Source: Planctomycetota bacterium (GTDB lineage Bacteria; Planctomycetota; GCA-002687715; CAIWVZ01). Taken from it: DNA of 64,000 bases. The position numbers and the translations under genes were made by a program. The stretch lies in assembly GCA_044222185.1 (NCBI GenBank), contig JBGANV010000005.1:224001-288000 (forward strand). Reading direction: 5' to 3'. Below, piece after piece: positions 1-8,764 of the stretch. The notes under the pieces are model-generated. The model saw only the letters and a list, made by a program, of their open reading frames with translations. It had not been told where the DNA came from and did no database searches. Each line of letters opens with the position of its first letter. Positions within the stretch are counted from its first letter, which is position 1.

Positions 1-439
1 CCCGGGGATTGCTACTGCCGCGAAGGAGCAGGGATATGGCGATCAGCACCAGCGTGAGGCTCGTGCTCGAGGGCATCTGCATGGAATCCGACCCCGCCGC
101 GGCCGTGGCGCCACCGAGCCCCCAGTCGTCGATGCCGAAGTCCTTGCCGGAGAGAGCCTCGACGAGAGAAAGGGCGGCGAGAAGGAAGACGGCGGTCGCG
201 CAGGCGTTCGCGGCCCAGTTGGCCCAGCCGTGTCGGCCGCGGCTTCCGAGCCACACCGCCGCGGCGGCAAGGATGATCGCGAGCGAGGTGTTCGGCTTCT
301 GCGTCGCGAAGGTCGGGACGAACCGGGTGAGGATGTCCAAGCCGAGGATCCAGCCGGAGAGCGAAACGAGCGCCAGAACCGCCGCAACCGCCGCGCTCCA
401 GGTCGCCACCCGTATCGCCGACGCGTTCCCGGGCTGCAT
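1..439 (-). CDS. N-terminal multi-TM part of a membrane sensor protein (histidine kinase or GGDEF type); runs off the window edge
   Basis: Not in the ORF track because there is no stop in the window. ATG at 439 reads MQPGNASAIRVATWSAAVAAVLALVSLSGWILGLDILTRFVPTFATQKPNTSLAIILAAAAVWL..., with several hydrophobic helices and a GW...P...KPNT-like motif seen in membrane input domains of sensors. Confidence 0.6.
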   Translation of the reverse strand, partial: MQPGNASAIRVATWSAAVAAVLALVSLSGWILGLDILTRFVPTFATQKPNTSLAIILAAAAVWLGSRGRHGWANWAANACATAVFLLAALSLVEALSGKDFGIDDWGLGGATAAAGSDSMQMPSSTSLTLVLIAISLLLRGSSNPR

Positions 440-730
440 GGCGCCGCCCTCACGTGCGTCCGTATCCGCTGTGCTCACGACAACCTCCGTCGAATCGGCC
501 CAACCTGTGGCGGATCCTACACTGAAACTGAAAATCTGTCTCAACGCCGTCCGGCGTTTTCAGCCTCCTCGCGCTCCGCCCCCCCGGCGGACCCAAAACC
601 GTCGAATTCCCACCCCTCGCTGAACCGCTGCGACGCACTCGCGTTTACCAAGGCATTCAGCAGGTTCCCCGCCAGACCTCTGCGGCAAGTCCCCGGAGGC
701 ACGAACCGGCCCACAGGAGTCACTCAGCCA

Positions 731-1498
731 ATGGAATCCGTCATCGTGGAACGCCGCGCCGGTCACACCGGCTTCACGCTCGTCGAACTCGTCGTCGTGA
801 TGGCCGTTCTTGCCGTCCTTTCAGGCCTCATCCTCCCGAAACTGGACGTGTTCAAGCTCAAGGCCAACAAGTCGGCGTCGGCGTCCAACATGCACGGCGT
901 GACCCGCTTCGTCACGCAGTACAAGGTCCAGAAGGACCTGTTCCCGGACGGCTGGGATTCCCTCATGGACGTGGCGTCGACCAGCACGCTGTTCTCGGCC
1001 CTCGATCCGCAATGCACCGGCTCGACTCCCGGATCGCCGGTGAAGCTGACGACGACCACGATCGCCGACCAGAATGAACTGCGCTCGCTGCAACGCGTCG
1101 GGATCACGACCGTGTTCGATCACAGCACCGGAACGTTCCCCCCGGACAGCGCCAACGGCGCGCCCCGGCTGCTCCAAGTCGGCGACACGCTGGCGACGAT
1201 CAACGCGGCCGATCCTGACGGCCAGGCGGTCATCTCCCAGCTCTACGCCGCCAACGCCGGGGTCATTCCCTCGAACCGCAAGGTCGTGGTGTTCGGTCTC
1301 GGACCGCGCAACCAGATCGTGGGCAACGAGCTGCACGAGGCGCCGTTCTACGCCAACACGGATCAGAACTCCTATTACAGCCGCTTCTTCGTGGTGTTCG
1401 AGTTGAGCTCGACGGGCGGCCGTGCGCGCCTCGTCGGCACTCTCGGATCCGATGGCGACACGATCGGCGAGGAGATCGCCGACTTCTACCAGAACTGA
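731..1498 (+). CDS. Prepilin-type N-terminal cleavage/methylation domain protein (type IV pilin / T2SS pseudopilin-like)
   Basis: ATG at 731 after AGGAG. Class III signal G|FTLVELVVVMAVLAVLSGLILP followed by a soluble domain. Confidence 0.9.
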   Translation: MESVIVERRAGHTGFTLVELVVVMAVLAVLSGLILPKLDVFKLKANKSASASNMHGVTRFVTQYKVQKDLFPDGWDSLMDVASTSTLFSALDPQCTGSTPGSPVKLTTTTIADQNELRSLQRVGITTVFDHSTGTFPPDSANGAPRLLQVGDTLATINAADPDGQAVISQLYAANAGVIPSNRKVVVFGLGPRNQIVGNELHEAPFYANTDQNSYYSRFFVVFELSSTGGRARLVGTLGSDGDTIGEEIADFYQN

Positions 1499-1511
1499 CG
1501 CCGCGCGCGCT

Positions 1512-1536
1512 GCGGCGCGGCCACCCGCCGCGCCGC
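1512..1536 (+). other. GC-rich hairpin after the pilin gene (possible terminator or stability element)
   Basis: GCGGCGCGGC-CACCC-GCCGCGCCGC, a perfect 10-bp stem starting 14 nt after the stop; no U-tract. Confidence 0.35.
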
Positions 1537-1606
1537 GCGCGAACCCGCGCTGGGGCGCGCCTTCGCCGCTGCCTCGCCCACCATCCGACCGCCGCTCGGA
1601 TGGCGC

Positions 1607-1635
1607 TTGACACGGACGACTTTGCAGTGCAAAGT
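1607..1635 (+). promoter_or_regulatory. Sigma70 -35 box plus palindromic operator, copy 1
   Basis: TTGACA at 1607-1612, then the perfect palindrome ACTTTGCA-G-TGCAAAGT at 1619-1635, upstream of the ATG at 1662. Confidence 0.75.
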
Positions 1636-1661
1636 GCTCTCGACCCAATCGGGAGTCCCGC

Positions 1662-2285
1662 ATGGAAGTCGCCGACGCACTCGATCGCATCTCCCACATC
1701 CACGCACAGCTCGCGAAGACCGAGGTCTACCGTGGATCGCGGCCATGGCCGATTCTCGCCGCGGGCGTCGTCGGGTTCGCGGCGGCCGCCGCCCAGCCAC
1801 ACGTCGTCCCCCTGGGGGATGGCCGCGGTTTCGTCTCCTACTGGACGGTCGTGGGATCAATCGCCGCAGTCGTCTCGGCTTTCGAGATCGTCGTCGGGTA
1901 CGCCCGTCCTCGGTCGGACGTGGCGCGGCGCGGCACGCGCATCGTCGTCTCGCAATTTGCTCCGGCGCTCGTCGCCGGAGCCATCCTCACCGTGGCGATC
2001 GGTCGTACACCGGACGCCATCCCGCTACTCCCCGGCCTCTGGGCCGTCGTCTTCGCCCTCGGGCTGTTTGCCCTACGGCCCTATGCGCCGCGCGGCACCG
2101 GCTGGGTCGCACTTTTCTACCTCTGCGCCGGCGGTTTGATGCTCACTGGCACGGTGGACGACGCGAGCCTCGGAGGGTGGCGTGTCGGCGGAGTCTTCGG
2201 CGTCGGGCAATTGGCGGCGGCATTCGTCATGCACCGGGATCTGAAGAGGGATCGACATGCAGAAGAAGCCGCGCCGCAGCTCTGA
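1662..2285 (+). CDS. Hypothetical integral membrane protein (about 6 TM)
   Basis: GGAG before the ATG. Starts with MEVADALDRISHIHAQLA followed by several hydrophobic segments; overlaps the downstream regulator gene. Confidence 0.8.
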   Translation: MEVADALDRISHIHAQLAKTEVYRGSRPWPILAAGVVGFAAAAAQPHVVPLGDGRGFVSYWTVVGSIAAVVSAFEIVVGYARPRSDVARRGTRIVVSQFAPALVAGAILTVAIGRTPDAIPLLPGLWAVVFALGLFALRPYAPRGTGWVALFYLCAGGLMLTGTVDDASLGGWRVGGVFGVGQLAAAFVMHRDLKRDRHAEEAAPQL

Positions 2286-2649
2286 TACGGGCCGGTTCTC
2301 CTATGACGGTCTCGACCGCGTCCTCCACGAGAAGGCGCGCCTCGGGATCATGACGTCGCTCACGACGCGGCCGGAAGGACTCGTCTTCTCCGAGCTGAAG
2401 CAACTCTGCGCGCTCACGGACGGCAACCTCGCGCGTCACCTCGAAGTGCTCGCCGACGCTGGCCTCGTTCAAAGCTGGAAGGGGACCGACGGCAGCCGCC
2501 CGCTGACGCTGCTTCGAGTCACCGCGTCCGGGCGCGAACGGTTCCTCGAATACCTCGGCGAACTGGAGCGCGTTCTTCGCGATGCGCAGGGCGCGGCGCA
2601 GTCCCGACGGGCGATCGGCGGCGTGCCGCCGGGATTCGTCTCCGCCTGA
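2257..2649 (+). CDS. Winged-helix transcriptional regulator (ArsR/MarR-like, HTH_34 type)
   Basis: LDRVLHEKARLGIMTSL...FSELKQLCALTDGNLARHLEVLADAGLV...T.SGRERFLEYL is the typical family pattern. Confidence 0.9.
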   Translation: MQKKPRRSSDTGRFSYDGLDRVLHEKARLGIMTSLTTRPEGLVFSELKQLCALTDGNLARHLEVLADAGLVQSWKGTDGSRPLTLLRVTASGRERFLEYLGELERVLRDAQGAAQSRRAIGGVPPGFVSA

Positions 2650-2692
2650 TCGGGAGTTCGGCATCAACGGGACTCGAACACCATGCCGAATC

Positions 2693-2709
2693 ACTTTGCA
2701 ATACAAAGT
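2693..2709 (+). promoter_or_regulatory. Palindromic operator, copy 2
   Basis: ACTTTGCA-A-TACAAAGT, 15/17 identical to the site at 1619-1635, immediately upstream of the ispH fusion. Confidence 0.75.
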
Positions 2710-2726
2710 AACTCGTCACGAAACTG

Positions 2727-5126
2727 ATGGAGGAACGTGAGATGGACGTCCTGAAAGCCCGGTTCGCTGGCATGTGTTTCGGCGTTCGCGACGCGCTCGC
2801 GGCAACGGAGGAAATCCGCGATCCGGCTGCGGTCACGATCTTCGGCGAACTCGTCCACAATGGCGAGGTCCGAACGCGACTGTCGAGGCGAGGCTTCGCG
2901 CAGGTTGCCGAGTCCGAGCGCGAGAGGATCCCTTCGACGCCCAAGGTGCTCATCACGGCGCATGGGATCAGCGATGGGCAGAGGGATCAGCTCGAGCGCG
3001 CCGGCAAGACACTGGTGGACACGACCTGCCCGCTCGTGCGGGACGTCCACGCTGCCGCGCGCCGCTTCCGCGACGATGGCCGATTCGTCGTGATCCTCGG
3101 GCGCAAGGGTCACGTGGAGGTCCAGGGAGTCACGGGTGATCTGACGCGGTTCATCGTCGTGGAATCGGAGGCAGACATCGCGTCCTGGGGCGAGCCGCGA
3201 ATCGGGATCGTGTGCCAGAGCACGCTCCCACCGGTCGCTTCTGAGTCGCTTCGGGCGGGCATCTCGGCGGCGAATCCCGGTAGCGACGTGGCATTCGCCG
3301 ACACCATCTGCCTGCCGACACGCCAGCGGCAGTGGGCGGTCGGCGAGATCCTCGACCGGATCGACGCGCTCGTCGTCGTCGGCGGACGCAACTCGAACAA
3401 CACGCTTCAGCTCGTGACGCTCGCTCGCAACCACGGCGTTCCCGCCGTCCACGTGGAGACCGCGGACGACCTCTCCGTCGAGGCGTTCCGCGGATGCCGC
3501 GTCGTCGGGCTGACGGCCGGGACATCGACGCTCGACCGCACGATCGACGAAGTCCACGCCGCGCTCGCGCGCATGACTCCAGCGTCGGCGACGATTCCAG
3601 GCCGCCCGCCATTCGACCCGCCGTCGATGCACGAGGCGCCGCCTCTGCCGGAGGTCTCCGACCCAACTCCGCCGAAGTCGCGTCACGCGCTGCTCCTGAA
3701 CCCCTTCTACCCGAAGGCTCCTCACGCGAGTTTCGGCAAGCACGTCCTCACTCCGTCCCTCGCATTGACCTCCATCGCCGCCGCGACACCCGACGACTGG
3801 ACGGTCAGCTACTGGGACGAGAATCTCCTCCAGGGACCTCCGCCCCTCGATCCGTTCCCGGAAGTCGTCGGCATCACCGTCCATCTCACTTTCGCGCGGC
3901 GGGCGTACGAGCTCGCGCGATGGTTTCGCTCGCACGGGGCAAAGGTCGTGCTCGGCGGACTGCACGTGACGACCTGCCCCGACGAGGCAGCCGCAAATGC
4001 CGACGCGATCGCACTCGGCGAAGGCGTGCAAGTCTGGCCTCGGATCCTCGCGGACGCGGCCTGCGGACGCCTTCAGCGCGTGTATCGCGGGACGTTCCGC
4101 CAGGCCTACGCGAACGCCCCCTCTCCCCGGCGCGACATACTCCCGCAGCGTTCGTTCCTCACGACCGCGAGCCTCATCGCAACGCGCGGATGCCACAACC
4201 GATGCGACTTCTGCTACCTGGCGACGAACGGCCTCGACATCCCGTACCAGATGCGCGACCCGGAGGACGTGGTCCGCGAATTCCTCGCGACCGATGAGCC
4301 GTACGGAGTCTTCATCGACAACAACCTCGGTTCACGGCCGTCCTACCTGCGCGCGCTGTGCGCAACGCTGGAGCCGGCCGACCGGATCTGGAGCGCCGCC
4401 GTGACGATCGACGTCGCCGACGATCCCGCGCTCGTTCGTGCCATGGCGCTTGCAGGCTGCACGGGAGTGTTCATCGGCTTCGAATCGCTCGATGGCGCCA
4501 ACCTGGATGACGCCGGCAAGCGGTCCCCGCGCCCGGCGGACTACCTGCGCCGGGTCGAGATCTTCCATGCCAACGGGATCCAGGTGAACGGGAGCTTCGT
4601 CCTTGGATTCGATCATGACGGCCCGGACGTCTTCGAGCGCACGGTCGACTGGATCGAGCGCGCACGGCTCGAGTGCGCCACGTTCCACATCCTCACGCCG
4701 TATCCGGGAACGCCCCTGTTCGAGGCCATGGAGCGCGACGGTCGCATCCTTCACCGGAACTGGGGCCTCTATGACACGGCTCACGCGGTCTTCCGGCCCC
4801 GTCACATGTCCGCGACGATGCTCGAGCGCGGATACGCGTGGTGCTATCGCCGCCTGTTCTCGCACCGCTCCATCTGGCGCCGGCGCCCGCAGCGCTTCGC
4901 GGAGCTGCCTGGATACCTCGCGATGTCGTACCTGTACAAACGCGCGAACCGCGTCTGGCCGCTCCTGATCCGCCATCAGCTCACACACGCGGTGTGGCGG
5001 CCGCTGGTCGAAGCCGCCCGCCGACGCCACCTGCGATTTCGTCGGGTCCTTCGGGCCGCGCATTCCGGCTCGTGCGAACGCCGCACGCTCCACACGGGCG
5101 TCGCCTCGGTACCGACGATCAGTTGA
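2727..5126 (+). CDS. ispH: IspH/LytB (HMBPP reductase) fused to a B12-binding radical SAM domain
   Basis: N-terminal part has AGMCFGV, VHN, AHG, DTTCPLV, GHVEV, TICLPTRQRQ, SNN and TAGTST. A Pro-rich linker follows, then VVLGGLHVT, the CHNRCDFC motif, FIDNN, GFES and ILTPYPGT. The start may be 2742 (GGAGG upstream). Confidence 0.88.
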   Translation: MEEREMDVLKARFAGMCFGVRDALAATEEIRDPAAVTIFGELVHNGEVRTRLSRRGFAQVAESERERIPSTPKVLITAHGISDGQRDQLERAGKTLVDTTCPLVRDVHAAARRFRDDGRFVVILGRKGHVEVQGVTGDLTRFIVVESEADIASWGEPRIGIVCQSTLPPVASESLRAGISAANPGSDVAFADTICLPTRQRQWAVGEILDRIDALVVVGGRNSNNTLQLVTLARNHGVPAVHVETADDLSVEAFRGCRVVGLTAGTSTLDRTIDEVHAALARMTPASATIPGRPPFDPPSMHEAPPLPEVSDPTPPKSRHALLLNPFYPKAPHASFGKHVLTPSLALTSIAAATPDDWTVSYWDENLLQGPPPLDPFPEVVGITVHLTFARRAYELARWFRSHGAKVVLGGLHVTTCPDEAAANADAIALGEGVQVWPRILADAACGRLQRVYRGTFRQAYANAPSPRRDILPQRSFLTTASLIATRGCHNRCDFCYLATNGLDIPYQMRDPEDVVREFLATDEPYGVFIDNNLGSRPSYLRALCATLEPADRIWSAAVTIDVADDPALVRAMALAGCTGVFIGFESLDGANLDDAGKRSPRPADYLRRVEIFHANGIQVNGSFVLGFDHDGPDVFERTVDWIERARLECATFHILTPYPGTPLFEAMERDGRILHRNWGLYDTAHAVFRPRHMSATMLERGYAWCYRRLFSHRSIWRRRPQRFAELPGYLAMSYLYKRANRVWPLLIRHQLTHAVWRPLVEAARRRHLRFRRVLRAAHSGSCERRTLHTGVASVPTIS

Positions 5127-6357
5127 ACGTGACGCGAACGACCGGGGTGGTCCGGACCTGGAACGCCGGATTGAACGCCACGCCCATGAGGTCGAGGGTC
5201 AGGCCCGGTGCGAGAGACCCTGGCCCGAAGGAGAGCGGACTTGCGGGGAACAGGCTGGATGGAGTCACGGGCCACGTCCAATGGATGGGGCTTCCGGGCA
5301 CGGCCGTGGGAAAGGCCGTCACGAGCGCCGTCGTGAAGGCGTCGGGATTCAGCCCGAACAGGAAGCCCGCGCCTACGGGGAGCGAGACATCGAGGCTGGC
5401 TGCCGTGAAGCCCTCGATCGTGCCCGCAGGTACGCCGGTGATCGCGAGCGTCGCGGCGCCGGCCCCGAGCGGCGTCGCCGTGAGGCGGAACGGCGGAACG
5501 ACGGGGCTCGCGCCAGTTGCCGCACCGATGACGCCCGTCGCGTTGCCCAAGAGCTGCGCCGAGCCTCCCGCATTCGGGACGCGATAAATGTCGCCGAAGC
5601 TGGCACCGACGATGAAGTTGCCGTTGGCATCGACGTCGAGAGAGTTGGGGCCGGGCGTTGCGCCGGAGGGACATAGGTTGGTCAGCACGCCACCGGCATC
5701 GAACCGCACGATCCGGTTCACCGTCAACAGCGCGCCGCACGGTCGTCCCGTGACGGGATCCATGGCAAGCCCGCTCACCGACGAGGACCCGGCGGTCCAT
5801 CCGCTGGCGAAGGGCTGCGGCACGGAGCTGCCGGCGGGGATCCGGAAGACTGCGTTGTTGGCACCGACGTAGATGTCGCCCGAGATCGGATCGAAAACGC
5901 CCGAGTTCAACGCGGTTCCCCAAGGCTGCGCGCCGGCGGTGATGGGCGTGATCGCGCCGTTGGACGGATTCAGGCGGTACACCTGCTGCGTGCCCGAGTC
6001 GGCGACGACGACGGATGGTCCGTCGAACGACATCTGGGCGATCACGCCGACGCTCGCCGGGATCAGCGCGTAGGTCGCAGTCGTGGTGCCCGTGATCGTG
6101 ACGCGGCCCACGAACCCGACGCCGCCGACGAGGAACGAGTTGGCAGTCGACGGGTCGTACAGGATGGCCTGGGTGGTGCCCGTCCCCCCAAAGCTCCCGA
6201 TGTTGAACACCGTCGCCCCGCCCGCCGCACGAAGAAGCGTGAACGACGTTGTCGAGAATCCCGTGACCCCGATGTCTCCCGGCGCCAACTGGGCCGACGA
6301 GTGCGAGGCGAGCAGGAGTGCCGACGCGGCCACGAAACAGAACGCGTGACGGTTCAT
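5119..6357 (-). CDS. Secreted beta-propeller-like protein (SMP-30/NHL-like repeats) with a distinct C-terminal domain
   Basis: GGAG 6 nt before the ATG at 6357. Signal peptide MNRHAFCFVAASALLLASHSSA|Q and repeated units such as FDPISGDIYVG, MDPVTGR and VDANGNFIVG. Confidence 0.7.
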   Translation of the reverse strand: MNRHAFCFVAASALLLASHSSAQLAPGDIGVTGFSTTSFTLLRAAGGATVFNIGSFGGTGTTQAILYDPSTANSFLVGGVGFVGRVTITGTTTATYALIPASVGVIAQMSFDGPSVVVADSGTQQVYRLNPSNGAITPITAGAQPWGTALNSGVFDPISGDIYVGANNAVFRIPAGSSVPQPFASGWTAGSSSVSGLAMDPVTGRPCGALLTVNRIVRFDAGGVLTNLCPSGATPGPNSLDVDANGNFIVGASFGDIYRVPNAGGSAQLLGNATGVIGAATGASPVVPPFRLTATPLGAGAATLAITGVPAGTIEGFTAASLDVSLPVGAGFLFGLNPDAFTTALVTAFPTAVPGSPIHWTWPVTPSSLFPASPLSFGPGSLAPGLTLDLMGVAFNPAFQVRTTPVVRVTFN

Positions 6358-6517
6358 TCGCATCTCCGAGATCGACCCGACGGCGTTCCGGCCTGCGGCG
6401 GCGAAAATGCCTGGCGGCAGGAGGAATCGACGAGTCCGTTTCCAGCGGGGCAGAGCGCGCCGCGCGGGCGCAGGCGGCACATCATAGCGAGCGGCCCTCG
6501 CGCGCCCGCCCCGCCGC

Positions 6518-7015
6518 TCAGCAGATTCCCGTTTCCTGACGCCGCTGTTCTGCGAGGAAGCCGATGATGGCTCCCGCACCCGCCCAGAAGATCCAGGCGA
6601 ACATGAAGCGGATCCGAAGCGCGCTTCCCAGGCTCACCGGCTCGAAGAGCGCCACGAAGCGAAAAAGGTGCGCGGCGAGGCTCGCGAGGATCAATCCCCC
6701 ACCGAACGTTCCGACTCCCCCCAGCTGCGAGTGCTCACGCGCGACGACCCGCCGACCGAGCCACGCGCCCAACCCGCCCCAGCATGGGTAGATCCACGCG
6801 GGCACGACGGCGATCAACGGGAGGAAGAGGAGCGCCGATACGCATCCGACGATCGCGCCCTGCCGCAGTGCGAGCGCCTCTCGGCGTGCCGCGTTGCGGA
6901 TCGCCACGTCCTCACGATCCCACTTGTCCAAGAGCTTGCGCTGGGCTTCTGCGGGAAGCTCCTCAAACCGGAGCGGCGGGGGATCTTTGACCGTCTCGAC
7001 CATCTCCCATCGCAT
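6518..7015 (-). CDS. Hypothetical membrane protein (about 4 TM)
   Basis: Charged N-terminus followed by hydrophobic helices; co-oriented with both neighbours. Start is 7015 or 7003. Confidence 0.6.
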   Translation of the reverse strand: MRWEMVETVKDPPPLRFEELPAEAQRKLLDKWDREDVAIRNAARREALALRQGAIVGCVSALLFLPLIAVVPAWIYPCWGGLGAWLGRRVVAREHSQLGGVGTFGGGLILASLAAHLFRFVALFEPVSLGSALRIRFMFAWIFWAGAGAIIGFLAEQRRQETGIC

Positions 7016-7076
7016 CGACAGCACCCCGCCCGAAGCTGAACGGCAGGTGTCGGTCGAAGCACTGGTCGAGACCTCG

Positions 7077-8129
7077 TCACGGCCCGGACAAGGCCCGCAC
7101 GGCCGCCGCCACGGCACCGACGACGGACGCCATCCGCGGATAGTCGAGCGTGTCCGGCGTATCCGACGCCTCGTGGTAGTTCGCGTTCCGATAGAACGCC
7201 GTGTCCGAAATCATCACGGCCGGATAACCGGCATCCCAGAAACTCGCGTGATCCGAGAAGTCGATCCCGGGTAGCGACCGCGGCGCGTTGATCGACCGAA
7301 CGTCGACCGTCGTCGCCGCCGCCATGGACCGCTTCACGGTCCGAACGAGCGAGGTCTCGCCGACGCGCCCCACGACGACGGCGAAATTCCCCCGCGACGG
7401 ATACAGCAGCGACAGCGGGGCGACCGGGTACCGCTGGCTTGCCGGCGCATCCGTGTAGAACCCGATCATCTCGAGGCACAGCATGGCGCGCACGACGACG
7501 CCCGACTTCTTCAGGGACTCGGCATAGACGGCGCTCCCCATGGCCGGCGCACGGAAGAACGGCGGTTCCTCCAGCGTGAAGGCCACCAGGTCGACGCGCG
7601 TCGCGAGTTTCGCGGATGCCAGGATGCGAGCGATCTCCAACAATCCGGCGACACCGCTCGCATTGTCGTCGGCGCCGATGCCCGGGCCCGCAGCGTCGTA
7701 GTGCGCGCCGACGACGACCCGCGGGCCGTCCGATGGTCCGACGTGAGCGACGACGTTCTGATACCGCTCCCGCGAAGCCGTGAAGACCTGGCGTTCGGAC
7801 GCGACCCCGGCGGACGCGAAACCACCTGCGATGAAGTCGGCGGCGAGGTCGAGGTTCTGGCGGTGCGACGCCGTCCGCGGCGCGAGGCTGACGAGGCGCT
7901 CCACCGTCGTCCGCAGACTGCTTGGATCGACGGCCAAAGTCGTCGCAACCGTCTCGACGCCGAAGATCGGCTGCGCAACGTAGAAGGCACCGCCGAGCGA
8001 GAGGGCGAGCGAGGCGACGGTGAACCGGAAGACGAAGCGGCGGTACCAGGGGCGAACACGAGGTCCCGCGGCGCGGCCCTGGGCGCCACCCGTCGCCGAC
8101 GACACCGCCGAGCCATGATTTCGTTCCAT
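7077..8129 (-). CDS. M28 family metallopeptidase, membrane anchored
   Basis: GAHYD, GADDNASG, LEE, LEMIG, FSDH and YH..SDT motifs; N-terminal TM helix. Confidence 0.92.
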   Translation of the reverse strand: MERNHGSAVSSATGGAQGRAAGPRVRPWYRRFVFRFTVASLALSLGGAFYVAQPIFGVETVATTLAVDPSSLRTTVERLVSLAPRTASHRQNLDLAADFIAGGFASAGVASERQVFTASRERYQNVVAHVGPSDGPRVVVGAHYDAAGPGIGADDNASGVAGLLEIARILASAKLATRVDLVAFTLEEPPFFRAPAMGSAVYAESLKKSGVVVRAMLCLEMIGFYTDAPASQRYPVAPLSLLYPSRGNFAVVVGRVGETSLVRTVKRSMAAATTVDVRSINAPRSLPGIDFSDHASFWDAGYPAVMISDTAFYRNANYHEASDTPDTLDYPRMASVVGAVAAAVRALSGP

Positions 8130-8294
8130 CTCGCTCCTCTCGAATCATCCGCCGCGAATCGCAAGCACGCCCCATGCCCGTAATCGCAACCCCATGTCTG
8201 CCCGAGACGTGTCGCGAAGCCAGCGGACATTCCAGGCTCGCGCGCTGGAGTCGGTTCGGACCGCGGCATACCGTGGCCCCGTTCTCGCTGATCC

Positions 8295-8462
8295 ATGCCG
8301 AATGGAGATCTCGCCCAGAGAACTCCAGCGGGGGACCCAAAAGAAACGGTCTCGAAACGGACGGCGCAAGCCGGTCCAAAGTCGAGATCGCAGGGGCTAA
8401 TTCACCACGCCGGTGAACGGAGACGCAGCGCTCCGAGCCCGTCAGCTAACCTCGCAGGCGAA
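8295..8462 (+). ncRNA. Cyclic di-AMP riboswitch (ydaO/yuaA leader)
   Basis: Conserved elements in the expected order: GCCGAA; stem TGGAG/CTCCA (8303-8327); GCGGGGGACCC; GGGGCTAA (8393-8400); stem TTCACC/GGTGAA; stem CGGAG/CTCCG; and the 3' signature AGCCCGTCAGCTAACCTCGCAGGC (8436-8459). Confidence 0.85.
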
Positions 8463-8764
8463 CGCTCGAGGCGGAACAGACGAAGGCATCGGCCGCGGAC
8501 TCGTGGCCGATCCGACGCCCGTTCCGAAACACATCATGATCCGCGCGACTCTGCTCGCGGCCCGCCGGCGCATCACGCAGCGCCGAACTTCCAGGCCCAA
8601 ACGTCACGACCACATCGCTCCCGATCAGACGTCCGATCAGGCGAGCGGTCACGCGTAGCCGCGAATTCAGGCCCATTCGCCGTCGCTGAACTGCGGCGGC
8701 CGGATTCCACATCTGTCGAGTTCTGCGACGCCGTTCGGCGTCCGCATGGAATGGAGGTCTCTTC

